Assembly: GCA_965213625.1 (NCBI GenBank)
Contig: CBDBZU010000004.1
Coordinates: forward strand, 4,032,001 to 4,096,000
Direction of reading: 5' to 3'
Origin: a bacterium
GTDB taxonomy: Bacteria > UBA8248
Length of the DNA: 64,000 bases
In this document: one piece after another, positions 10,559 through 19,844 of the stretch
Numbering within the stretch: the stretch's first letter is position 1
Layout: every line of letters begins with the position of its first letter
Translations under genes and position numbers: made by a program
The notes under the pieces: generated by a model
Told to the model about the DNA's origin: nothing
What the model saw: the letters and a program-made list of their open reading frames with translations, nothing else
The model's database searches: none

Positions 10559-10843
10559 ATGCCTATGAAAAAACCACCCCATCCGGGTCTTTCCGTTCGC
10601 CATGACTGCCTGGAGCCGCTGGGCCTGAGCGTCACGGAAGCTGCGCAGAAGCTCGGCGTAAGCCGCAAACAGCTATCGAGTCTCATCAACTGCCGTTCGG
10701 GCATCTCGCCCGAGATGGCAATCCGCCTGGATAAAGCTTTCGGAGGTGGAGCCGAGGTGTGGTATCGCCTCCAGACGGATTATGAATTTGCCCAAGCGAT
10801 GCAGCGCGCGGATGAGATTAAGGTCGAGCGGGTGGTGGCGTAG
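10559..10843 (+). CDS. higA: HigA antitoxin (HTH)
   Basis: [43 protein letters not shown]. Confidence 0.92.
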   Translation: MPMKKPPHPGLSVRHDCLEPLGLSVTEAAQKLGVSRKQLSSLINCRSGISPEMAIRLDKAFGGGAEVWYRLQTDYEFAQAMQRADEIKVERVVA

Positions 10844-10847
10844 CCCC

Positions 10848-11564
10848 TCACACCTTAATCCCCTGAATCCCCCAGGAGGTGTCCTTCGCCGTCACGAAGA
10901 CGTAGTCCTCATCGCCCAGGATTGCGACCGAGTGGACGACGTCGGCCGGCATGTGGACGATATCGCCCGCGGTGACGGTTTCGGTCTCGCTGCCGATGGT
11001 CGCGCGCGCGGAACCCGACAGGACGATGGCGAACTGCTCGTTGGGGTGAGAATGCGGCTCGGCAATACCGCCCGGCGGGATGCGCATCTTCCCGAAAATG
11101 ATGCGCTCGCCCGTCACCCACGCGCCCTCGGTCGGGCTGTATGCCTCCCCCGCCAGGCCTTTTTCCATCGCCTCGGTGTCGTAGAAATAGGGGACGTGCT
11201 CTCCGGTTTTTTTCATCTCCGTGGGCGTGCCCTCGATGGTGGTGGCGGTGTCTTTCGCCACGATGAACTCGTAGTCCACCTCGCCCAGCACCTCGGCCGC
11301 GTGCACGGCGTTCGCGGGCCGGTAGGCGATGTGGCCAGGCGTCAGGACCCGCTCGTCGCCCTCGATGTTCAGGCGGGTGCTGCCGGCCAGGCAGTAGCCG
11401 AACTGCTCGTTCGCGTGGGCATGGGCACTCGAGCGCGTGCCGGCGGGCATGCGCATCTTGCCGAAAATGAGCCGCTCGCCCGTGACCCATGCGCCCGCCG
11501 CCGAGCTGTAGGCCGCACCCGCCAGGTTCTTTTCCATCTCGTCCGTCTTGTAGAAATACGTCAT
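10848..11564 (-). CDS. Bicupin protein (two tandem cupin domains)
   Basis: Two HxHxxEQ..H cupin motifs (HAHANEQ, HSHPNEQ) in highly similar halves; RBS AAGG..AAAGG before MTYFY. Confidence 0.85.
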   Translation of the reverse strand: MTYFYKTDEMEKNLAGAAYSSAAGAWVTGERLIFGKMRMPAGTRSSAHAHANEQFGYCLAGSTRLNIEGDERVLTPGHIAYRPANAVHAAEVLGEVDYEFIVAKDTATTIEGTPTEMKKTGEHVPYFYDTEAMEKGLAGEAYSPTEGAWVTGERIIFGKMRIPPGGIAEPHSHPNEQFAIVLSGSARATIGSETETVTAGDIVHMPADVVHSVAILGDEDYVFVTAKDTSWGIQGIKV

Positions 11565-11892
11565 CGCCTTTGGTCCTTTCCCTTGAATGAGCATCCGCCG
11601 CTCGGGCGGGTGTGGTTTTCCGATAACTGCGTCGGTTGCGTACATCGCAGAGATCGAATATCGCCCATCGGCGCGCCACGGGCAAGTTCGGGTGGGATTG
11701 GAGGGGCGATCACGAACGCCCCTTACCTTGGAATTCGCCAACCGTGTGAAGTATATTGCCGCGCATGGTCCAAAGGTTCCTCCCCGACGATAAGGACCCC
11801 AGGGGTCCTCTCCATCTTCCCGTGATGGAAGGAGGAGTAGTCGGGGAGGTCGTTTTTCTGCAATTCGACGTTATCCAACTAGAAAAGGACTC

Positions 11893-12588
11893 ATGGCGAT
11901 GACCCGAACCAGCGAGCAGATTCCCCAATGCGAGCACAACGAGGACAATAAACACCGTATTGATAGGGCTCATAGTTGGCTAAGGAAGAGTGAAGGAGCC
12001 AAGTACGACGAAGAGAAATTCATTTGCCTTTGGATCGCGTTCAACGCGGCCTACGGCGTTGAAGGGACTGACGCGAATGAAGTTGAAACAGCGAAGTTCA
12101 AAGACTTTTTAAGGAAGATTCGAAAATACGACAAGCAGAACGATATAGGAGAAAGTTTCTTAGATTTAGATGAGGGTTCAGAGAAAAAACCAATCCGGAA
12201 CTTACTGACAAACCGACATGTATACAAACAGTTTTGGAAATGCGTACGAGACAAGCAAGAGGATAACTGGAGCGAACATTTTGTCCGAGAAAATAATGTT
12301 GCATTGCGCGCCTTGGATAGAAAATTGACGAGTAATAATGAGGTAGACAAAGTATTCAACATAGTTTTCGAGCGTCTATATCAATTACGCAACCAAGTTT
12401 TCCATGGTGGCGTGACTTGCGACAAAAACGGATGGGGATGGATTCAACTAAAAGATGGGGGTCGCATCATGGCTAAAATCGTTCCGGTGATCCTCAAGAT
12501 CATGGACGCAAATCCCGGGGCCGATTGGGGAAAAGTCGCTTACCCCCGGATCGGCAACAAACCATGGACCGGCGACAGTCCGTCATAG
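11893..12588 (+). CDS. HEPN-domain protein (putative RNase)
   Basis: FICLWIAFNAAYG and LYQLRNQVFHGG (R-x4-H HEPN motif). Confidence 0.8.
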   Translation: MAMTRTSEQIPQCEHNEDNKHRIDRAHSWLRKSEGAKYDEEKFICLWIAFNAAYGVEGTDANEVETAKFKDFLRKIRKYDKQNDIGESFLDLDEGSEKKPIRNLLTNRHVYKQFWKCVRDKQEDNWSEHFVRENNVALRALDRKLTSNNEVDKVFNIVFERLYQLRNQVFHGGVTCDKNGWGWIQLKDGGRIMAKIVPVILKIMDANPGADWGKVAYPRIGNKPWTGDSPS

Positions 12589-12629
12589 AAGCAATTGGTT
12601 GTCTCGAAGGTGGGAACTTCCATTACCGC

Positions 12630-13001
12630 CTATATCAAATCGTCCACCGTGACGCCCAGCGCCCCGGCGATGGCGGCGAGCGTTCTCGCAGACCCCGTGC
12701 GCCTGCCCGTCTCGATTTGGGAGAGGTAGACCGGATGAATACCTGCTGCGGCGGCCAGACCGCCCTGCGTCATGCCGCGATGGTCCCGGTACACGCGGAT
12801 CGGGTTTTCACCGGCCAGAAGGCGGTCCGCGACCCCGGCGGGAAAGGACTCGCCTCCCTCCGCCTTGGCGCGATCATAAAGCGCCTCATCGCTCAGAGAC
12901 GCCTCGGCGTCTTCGCCCGAGAGACGCTCATAATCACGCCACGGGATGACGGCGAATGCGGGCCGGCCGCCCTCGTCCAGAATGACTTGCGTCTTGCTCA
13001 T
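12630..13001 (-). CDS. XRE-family HTH antitoxin
   Basis: AFAVIPWRDYERL N-terminus; NPIRVYRDHRGMTQGGLAAAAGIHPVYLSQIETGRR HTH. Confidence 0.85.
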   Translation of the reverse strand: MSKTQVILDEGGRPAFAVIPWRDYERLSGEDAEASLSDEALYDRAKAEGGESFPAGVADRLLAGENPIRVYRDHRGMTQGGLAAAAGIHPVYLSQIETGRRTGSARTLAAIAGALGVTVDDLI

Positions 13002-13012
13002 GGCTTCTCCTA

Positions 13013-13270
13013 TCACTTGTAAACCTGACCACGCGGAGCGATGCGCAGCACATCTATGACGCGGGCGTCGTCGTCTCGCTCGAAAATGATCCGCATCTCG
13101 CCGACGCACAACCTGCAACCGGGACGCCCCCTCAATACGGTTACATCCAGACCCTGCCTGTCGGGATTCTCCGCCAACTCGTCCAACCGGCGGCGAATCC
13201 GTCGGACCTGCAGGGAAGGCATTTTGCGCAGGGCCTTGATGACTTGCCCATTGAACGTCAGCTTGTACAT
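13013..13270 (-). CDS. RelE/ParE family toxin
   Basis: KALRKMP..RIRRRLDELAENP..LRGRPGCRLCVGEMRIIF..IAPRGQVYK. Confidence 0.85.
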   Translation of the reverse strand: MYKLTFNGQVIKALRKMPSLQVRRIRRRLDELAENPDRQGLDVTVLRGRPGCRLCVGEMRIIFERDDDARVIDVLRIAPRGQVYK

Positions 13271-13295
13271 TGCGCCTCCGCACCACAAGGAATAT

Positions 13296-13329
13296 AGCAT
13301 TTAGCTTTTATTTGAACAAGCTAATTGCT
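13296..13329. promoter_or_regulatory. Operator-like inverted repeat upstream of the RelE/HTH pair
   Basis: AGCATTTAGCTT-10 nt-AAGCTAATTGCT (11/12 match). Confidence 0.6.
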
Positions 13330-13733
13330 TAATTTGATAAGTTCGCCTCGTGGAGCGAAAAGAAAGCGCCTCATCGCTGACGCGCACATTGGAGACACCG
13401 ACTTTCGCTCAACTACGCAGATCAGACAAGTAGGGGTCGATCACGGACCAGGAGCGTTCATGAGCGCTCACCGAGCGAGGCTCCGCCCCGGCCCCTCATG
13501 AACAAGGGAAAACCGACCTTGTGACGTGAAATGAACGGTTTTAAGGAAAATCAATAATCCTGCGGGAATGGTTGCATTCCAAATTGGAAGAACCTATAAA
13601 AAATCAAGGACCCAACTCTCAACAGAAAACGAAGACCCCTCCCCGAGCGGGAAACCTCATACAGGGTTTTGCGTCGGGGGAGTCTCGGAGTGCGTTTTCA
13701 GCGTCCTGCGCCGTCAGGACGGCCAGGGGGTTG

Positions 13734-14420
13734 GTGGTGATTCGAGCGCACGTCCAGACATCCCAAAGCGAGCATAACTTACAGCGCATGCAACGCGCTT
13801 TCCGTTGGTTGGAGCGCAGCGAACAAGCCGATACGACCGAAGGGAAATTCATCTCTTTGTGGATCGCCTTCAACGCGGCCTACGGGGCCGAGGTGAACGA
13901 CACTCTGGAAAATCAACCCACCGAGAACCTGAAAATCAGGAACTTTCTGCGCGAAATACTCAAGCGCGACGCGAATAAAGAGATAGAACACATTCTGCTG
14001 GAGAAGCATACCGGCGCGGTTCGGGTTCTTCTGGAGGATCAGTTCGTGTTCAAACTCTTCTGGCGATGGGTGCGGGACCCTTCGAGGGCGTACAACTGGC
14101 GCAAGAGGTACGAGTCCAATGGAGCCAGAATCAAGAACGCTCTGGAGAAGAGAAACGTACAAGCCGTTTGCGGAGAAGTATTCCGGCGGTTGTATGAATT
14201 GCGCAACCAGGTCTTCCACGGGGGCGTGAATTTCGCCGAAGTATGGGTTCAGACGCTGCTCAGAGACGGCACGCGCATCATCGCCGACGTCGTTCCGGTA
14301 ATTCTCGACATCATGCAGGCCGACATCGACGCGAACCCGGAAACGCCGGTCTGGGGACAGGTCGCCTACCCGCGAATCCACAACCACGAGCGTCGAAAAC
14401 CACAGGGGGAGCGTTCATGA
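13734..14420 (+). CDS. HEPN-domain protein, paralog of 11893-12588 (start uncertain; frame open from 13572)
   Basis: FISLWIAFNAAYG, LYELRNQVFHGG, WGQVAYPRI shared with the first copy. Confidence 0.8.
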   Translation: MVIRAHVQTSQSEHNLQRMQRAFRWLERSEQADTTEGKFISLWIAFNAAYGAEVNDTLENQPTENLKIRNFLREILKRDANKEIEHILLEKHTGAVRVLLEDQFVFKLFWRWVRDPSRAYNWRKRYESNGARIKNALEKRNVQAVCGEVFRRLYELRNQVFHGGVNFAEVWVQTLLRDGTRIIADVVPVILDIMQADIDANPETPVWGQVAYPRIHNHERRKPQGERS

Positions 14421-14644
14421 GCGCTCCCGGGAATCGCACTCGTGGAGCCGTGGCCATGCAGAGCATCCCTCTCGCGGCGAGCCGAGCTGGTGCGTCTTGT
14501 ACTGCCGCAGGCCGGCGCACCGGAGTTTCGCGGCTGAAAACAGAAGCGGCTCAAGACCCGCGCCTGCGATATTGCGAAAAATATATTGACATACCTCTTG
14601 CATCAAGATTCAGATTCCGCCCCAATATCGGGGGATGTGCCTTA

Positions 14645-14685
14645 TTAACAAACAGCAAAAATTGTTAATAAACAGCAAAAATTGT
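14645..14685. repeat. 20-bp tandem direct repeat in the AT-rich promoter region of the oxygenase cluster
   Basis: TTAACAAACAGCAAAAATTG TTAATAAACAGCAAAAATTG. Confidence 0.7.
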
Positions 14686-15311
14686 GGTAAACTGAAATAA
14701 ATAGTGAACCAGATCGTTGTAATTTAGCCATTAAATTTGCGAGGAAATTTAGACGCCATTTCGGTAGCTTCTACTCATCGCTTCGATCCAGCGAGACTCA
14801 ATGAGTAGACGGACGAATCTTCTGCAGAAGAAATTACTCTTCATCTCACCGGAGAATCGTGGATGCTCCGAATTGCATTAAGAGACCATGATGCCTCTAC
14901 AAATCCCATCTGCATACTTACAAGGCTACGAGAAAAAGGCGCGCGACCACGATCCCGACCTGGCGGACCTCTACATCCGGCACACCACTATCGGCGATCC
15001 CCTCCTGGACCCGATCATGGAGGAGATATCCTCCCTGCCCGCCTATGAACTCCATGCGTTCGTCGAGGCGGGCATCGAGCAGCATGACGCCGTTCTGCGG
15101 GACGCCCCGCAACCCCTGCGCGATTTCTTCTGGAACTTCGAAGAACCCGCCTGGCTCGACCACGAAGCCTTCAGGCCGGGGGTCCGCTCCTTCAACCTGA
15201 ACGTCGACCTCATGCTCGTCGCGTTCGTGACGGGGGTGCTGGTGGAGGGTTTCTCGACGCTCATCGCCAAGTCCTTCAACACGACCGGGCGGGTGGCGGC
15301 GACTCCCAGGC

Positions 15312-16697
15312 GAGTTACTGTCAAATGTTGTGTATGGCCGTCATGAGTTCAGCGGCCTCCCTGCCGGTTTCGTTTTCGTTCACCCCATCGATGAATCTCA
15401 CGTCGGTGATCACGTCCGCCAGATGACGCAGGCCGCGTAGCGGCCCCCATCGCTTCTCGGCGCTCATGGCGAGTTGATGAACGAGGCTCAGCGCCGACTT
15501 CTCGCTCAGGCAGTTCCTCGTCTTCGCCGTTCGCAGCCGGATAGTGGCGAAGGTCGACTCGATGGGGTTCGTCGTCCGGATACTCCGCCAGTGCCCCGCC
15601 GGGAAGTCGTAGAAGGAGAACAACTCATCCTCGTCCTTCGCCAGGCACTCGACGGCTTTGGGGTACTTCGCCTCCCAGGTGGCGCAGAAGCGTTCGAACG
15701 CGCCCTGCGCATGCGCGCGGGTGTCGGCCCCCCACATCTCATGGAGCATCGACTTCGCTTCGCCCTGAACGCTTTTGGGCATCTTGTCGAGAACGTTCGC
15801 CGTCTTGTGCACCCAGCAGCGCTGCGCACGGGTCTCGGGATAAACCTCCGCCAGGGCCAACCAGAACCCCAGACTCCCGTCGCCCACCGCCAGCTTCGCC
15901 GCCTTCACGCCCCGGTCACGCAGGCTCAACAGAACCGCCTGCCAGCTCTCCTTCGACTCCCTAAAGCCTGGTTCCAGGGCCACGAAGCGCTTGCGGCCAC
16001 GCGCGTCGCAGCCCACAACCACCAATAGACACCGCCGCTCCCCGCTGCGGACGTTCAAGTAGATACCGTCCGCCCATAGATATACGAACTCCTCGCCATG
16101 CCACGCCCGCTTGCGCCACGCGGCGTACTCGCGATCCCACCCCTCCTTGAGACGTGTGATGCTCGCCGGGGACAAGCCCCCCACCGATTCGCCGAACAGC
16201 GCCCGCAGCGCCTCGCCGAAGTCGTTCGTCGAGACCCCCTTGAGGTACAGCCAAGGGATCACCGCCTCCACACGATTCGTCTTCTTCAGATACGGAGGCA
16301 ACAACTCCGAGCGGAAGCGCCGGCCCGAGCCCGAACGGTCCCGCGCCCGCGGCACCTGGACCTCGACCGGGCCCACACCCGTCAATACCTCCCGCGACGG
16401 CAGATAGCCGTTGCGAACCACCGCGCGGCGGCCCTGCGCGTCTTGCTCGCCCGCATGTTCTTCCAGAAAGGCATTCAACTCCGCTTCCACCGCCTGGCGG
16501 ATGATTCGTTGCGCGCCCGCGCGCACCAAGTCGCTCAACTCGTCACGGAACGCTGGACTTACAAAGGGTATCGTCTTATCTTCTCTCATGGTGGCGCATC
16601 TCCTTGTGCTGAATGACCGGGCTCTTTGACAAACCCATTTCAGCAGGATGCGCCGCCTTTTTCAATTCAGCTCATACACAACATCTGACAGTAACTC
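15312..16697 (-). mobile_element. IS256-family insertion sequence
   Basis: 25-bp TIRs GAGTTACTGTCA(A/G)ATGTTGTGTATG (1 mismatch); 9-bp TSD CTCCCAGGC at 15303-15311 and 16698-16706. Confidence 0.95.
15321..16589 (-). CDS. IS256-family (mutator) transposase
   Basis: RNGY, VPRARDR, LYLKGVST, WADG, VGDG, QRCWVHK, RTTNPIES. Confidence 0.95.
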   Translation of the reverse strand: MREDKTIPFVSPAFRDELSDLVRAGAQRIIRQAVEAELNAFLEEHAGEQDAQGRRAVVRNGYLPSREVLTGVGPVEVQVPRARDRSGSGRRFRSELLPPYLKKTNRVEAVIPWLYLKGVSTNDFGEALRALFGESVGGLSPASITRLKEGWDREYAAWRKRAWHGEEFVYLWADGIYLNVRSGERRCLLVVVGCDARGRKRFVALEPGFRESKESWQAVLLSLRDRGVKAAKLAVGDGSLGFWLALAEVYPETRAQRCWVHKTANVLDKMPKSVQGEAKSMLHEMWGADTRAHAQGAFERFCATWEAKYPKAVECLAKDEDELFSFYDFPAGHWRSIRTTNPIESTFATIRLRTAKTRNCLSEKSALSLVHQLAMSAEKRWGPLRGLRHLADVITDVRFIDGVNENETGREAAELMTAIHNI

Positions 16698-17497
16698 CTC
16701 CCAGGCGCCTCATGCAGAACAACCGTCAGTTGATGGAGATATTCTTCCCGGGCGGCCTGTTGAGAAACGGCGACGGCTGGAAGCTCTCCACGCGCGTCCG
16801 GTTCGTGCACGCGCGCATCAGGAGCCTGCTGGCGAAATCAGGCGAATGGGACTTTGAAGCCTGGGGCACGCCGCTCAGCGCGGCGAACTTGGGGTTAGCC
16901 ATCGCCATCTTCTCAATGCAGCTGCTGAGGTACTCCAAACTCGTGGGAACGCGCTTCAGCACCGAGGAGCAAGAGAGCGTTCTCGCCGTCTGGCGATACG
17001 CGGGCTATCTCATGGGAATACCCGAAACCATTCTCTACACCGACGGGGCGGATGCGGAGAGAAAATACAACATCGCCTATATGTGCGAACCTCCGCCGGG
17101 TGAAGATTCGGTGGCCATGTCGAATACGCTGATCAAGGCCATCGCGCCGGTTGCGGGCGTAACGGACTCGAAGGAGCAAAAGGATTTGACGGATCTGGCC
17201 TACCGCCTTTCCACGGCGTTGATAGGAAAAGAACTCGCGGGTCATTTCCAGTATCCGAAGCTCTCCCGCCTGTCCACGACGCTGACGCTCCACAGTTTCC
17301 GGGTGAAACAACGCCTCCTGCGCTTTCTGAATAGCAAACAAATCGTCAAATCCCAGAATTTTTCGCAGCTTCTCCAGATTTCGGTATACGACGAGGGCGG
17401 CATCAGCTACCGCATGCCCGACCACATCAAATCGTCGGAATCGAGCAAGTGGTAAGCGATGTCCGCACCCGACCCGTGATGCCGAGGTGATACGTAC

Positions 17498-19783
17498 GTG
17501 AAACTAGACCGCTATATCGACGCCGTTTTGCGCCGCCGCTGGCTGGTCGTCGCGCTGGCCATGCTGATCCTGCTGATCGCTGGGGCCGGCGGGCGCTTCA
17601 TCACCGTTGCGAACGATTACCGCATTCTGTTCAAAAAGGACAACCCCTATCTCCTTGCATTCGAAGCGCTGGAGAGAACCTTCTCCACCTCCGACAACGC
17701 GCTCATCGCCGTTGCGCCGAGAGGGGGCTCGGTGTTCACCAAAGAGGCGCTCGGCGCGCTCGAGGAGTTGACCGAAGCCGCATGGAAAACGCCGCATTCG
17801 AGCCGGGTCGACTCCCTCACGAACTACAACCACAGCCGGGCGGAAGGGGACGATTTAATCGTCGAGCCGCTCGTCGACGACGCGAGCGCGCTGACCAACG
17901 CAGACATAGCGCGAATCAAGAAGACCGCGCTGGGCGAAAGTGAAATTGTCGGTCGCCTCGTCTCCCGCGACGGACGCGTGGGCGGAGTGGCGATTACTTT
18001 CGTCTTGCCGAAAAACAAGGACGCAGGCGTAGTCGAGATAACCGATTACCTGAACGCCGTATTGAAGAAGGCCCGCGCGAAATACCCGGACATGAGCTAT
18101 TACATGACCGGCACGACCGTCATCAACCGGTCATTCCAGGATGCCCCGAAGGACGACTTGAGCACCTTGTTCCCGCTCGTGTTTCTCGTCATCGTGATTT
18201 TCACGATTATTCTCTTGCGCTCGGTGCTGGGCGCGTTAGCGATTATCGTCTGTCTCCTGTTTCCCATCATCACCACCATGGAGATAGCCGGCTGGCTCGG
18301 CGCAGTGTTCAGCCCCACAAACTCCGGGGTACCGATCATCATCATGGTGATAGCCATCGCGGACGCGGTTCACATTGTCTCGAACACGCTCCTGGAGATG
18401 AGACGCGGCCTGGAGAAAAATGCGGCGATTGCGGAATCCCTCCGCCACAATGCCTGGCCGGTATTTCTGACCTCACTCACGACGGCGATCGGCTTCCTGA
18501 GCCTGAATTCTTCGGATTCACCGCCCTTTCAAGTCCTGGGCAATTTCGTGGCGCTCGGCGTAGTGTGGGCCTACCTTTATTCCATGACGCTGCTGCCGGC
18601 GCTTCTTTCCATTCTGCCGCTGCGCGCATCGAGTGCGCGCGCGCAAGAAACCACCTTCTTCGAGCGCTTCGCCGAGTTCGTCATTGCGCGGCGCAAGCCC
18701 CTGCTCGTGGTTCTCTCCGTGGGGGTAGTCTTCCTCCTCGCAGGCATTCCCCGAATCGAGCTTGGCGATAACCTGACGAAATTTTTCGACGAAAGCTACC
18801 AGGTCCGTCGCGATTCGGATTACATCTCCAAGAACCTGACCGGCCTCGACAAGCTGGAGTATTCCCTGAATGCGGGGCGCGAGGGCGGCATCACCGACCC
18901 TAGGTATCTACGCAAGGTCGAGGCCTTCGCCGATTGGTACCGCAAGCAGCCGAACGTCAGCCACGTCCAGGCGTTTTCGGACATCATGAAGCGCCTGAAC
19001 AAGAACATGCACGGCGACGACCCGGCGTTTTACAGGATACCTCGGGACCCCAGGCTCGCCGCGCAATATCTACTGCTCTATGAGTTCTCCCTCCCCTTCG
19101 GCATGGACTTGAACGACCGCATCGACGTCGCCAAATCCAGAACCCGCATGAGCGTCACGATTGAGGATGCAACGTCCCGGGACCTCAATGAAATCTCTCA
19201 GCGCGCACAGGTCTGGCTGCGCGCCAATGAATCCGAATTCACGAAGGAGGCAACCGGCCTGAGCGTCATCGTAGCGCATATGACGCAGCGGAATCTCGAG
19301 AGCATGCTGAGCGGAACGATCATCGCCATGGCCCTCATCTCCTTGATTCTGGCGCTGGTTTTCAAAAGTGTGCGTTTCGGCCTCATCAGCCTCGTGCCCA
19401 ACTTCCTCCCCGCCCTCATGACATTCGGCCTGTGGGGACACCTCATGGGCCAGTTGGGCATCGTCTCCTCGGTGGTACTCGCCGTTACCTTCGGGATCAT
19501 CGTGGACGACACGATTTACTTCATGTGCGAATACCTGAAGGCGCGGCGCGAAGAGGACCTCACGCCGTTCGAGTCCGTGCGCCACGCCTTTCGCACCGTG
19601 GGCCACGCATTATGGACGACGACCGTTGTCCTCTCGGCGGGCTTTATGGTCTTCACCGCCTCGGGATTCGAACTCAGTTGGGTGCTCGGACTTCTGGTGA
19701 CAATCACGATCATTTTCGCTTTGCTTGGCGATTTCCTGCTTCTGCCCATTCTGCTGATCGTCATCGACAGGAGGACTCGATAA
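17498..19783 (+). CDS. MMPL/RND-family transporter
   Basis: Two repeats of periplasmic loop plus TM bundle; IAIADAVH, TSLTTAIGF, GIIVDDTI. Confidence 0.88.
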   Translation: MKLDRYIDAVLRRRWLVVALAMLILLIAGAGGRFITVANDYRILFKKDNPYLLAFEALERTFSTSDNALIAVAPRGGSVFTKEALGALEELTEAAWKTPHSSRVDSLTNYNHSRAEGDDLIVEPLVDDASALTNADIARIKKTALGESEIVGRLVSRDGRVGGVAITFVLPKNKDAGVVEITDYLNAVLKKARAKYPDMSYYMTGTTVINRSFQDAPKDDLSTLFPLVFLVIVIFTIILLRSVLGALAIIVCLLFPIITTMEIAGWLGAVFSPTNSGVPIIIMVIAIADAVHIVSNTLLEMRRGLEKNAAIAESLRHNAWPVFLTSLTTAIGFLSLNSSDSPPFQVLGNFVALGVVWAYLYSMTLLPALLSILPLRASSARAQETTFFERFAEFVIARRKPLLVVLSVGVVFLLAGIPRIELGDNLTKFFDESYQVRRDSDYISKNLTGLDKLEYSLNAGREGGITDPRYLRKVEAFADWYRKQPNVSHVQAFSDIMKRLNKNMHGDDPAFYRIPRDPRLAAQYLLLYEFSLPFGMDLNDRIDVAKSRTRMSVTIEDATSRDLNEISQRAQVWLRANESEFTKEATGLSVIVAHMTQRNLESMLSGTIIAMALISLILALVFKSVRFGLISLVPNFLPALMTFGLWGHLMGQLGIVSSVVLAVTFGIIVDDTIYFMCEYLKARREEDLTPFESVRHAFRTVGHALWTTTVVLSAGFMVFTASGFELSWVLGLLVTITIIFALLGDFLLLPILLIVIDRRTR

Positions 19784-19844
19784 CACATCTTCGACGTGAG
19801 AGAACTCAAACATGCCGCAATCGACACAAAGAGATAACAATAAT

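Larger units (their letters stand above)
14888..17455 (+). pseudogene. MpaB/DUF2236-like (ER-bound/rubber oxygenase family) gene interrupted by IS256
   Basis: GDPLLD..PAWLD 5' part and RVRFVHARIR..WGTPL..WRYAGYLMG 3' part; removing the IS and one TSD copy restores AATPRRLMQNN in frame (~389 aa). Confidence 0.85.

Noticed and set aside
12878-13378. 16-bp match AAAGCGCCTCATCGCT inside the antitoxin gene and upstream of the toxin
   Set aside because: Single short match with no supporting structure; could be chance or a tiny duplication relic
10200-14600. Integron cassette array
   Set aside because: No attC-like RYYYAAC...GTTRRRY bounded palindromes recognised, genes lie in mixed orientation, and no IntI is present
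14645-14685. CRISPR array (also considered for 30737-30801)
   Set aside because: Only two adjacent copies, no unique spacers and no cas genes
16613-16706. Independent start for the 280-aa ORF 16613-17455
   Set aside because: The first ~30 codons lie within the IS end and TSD; the rest is the 3' half of the interrupted oxygenase
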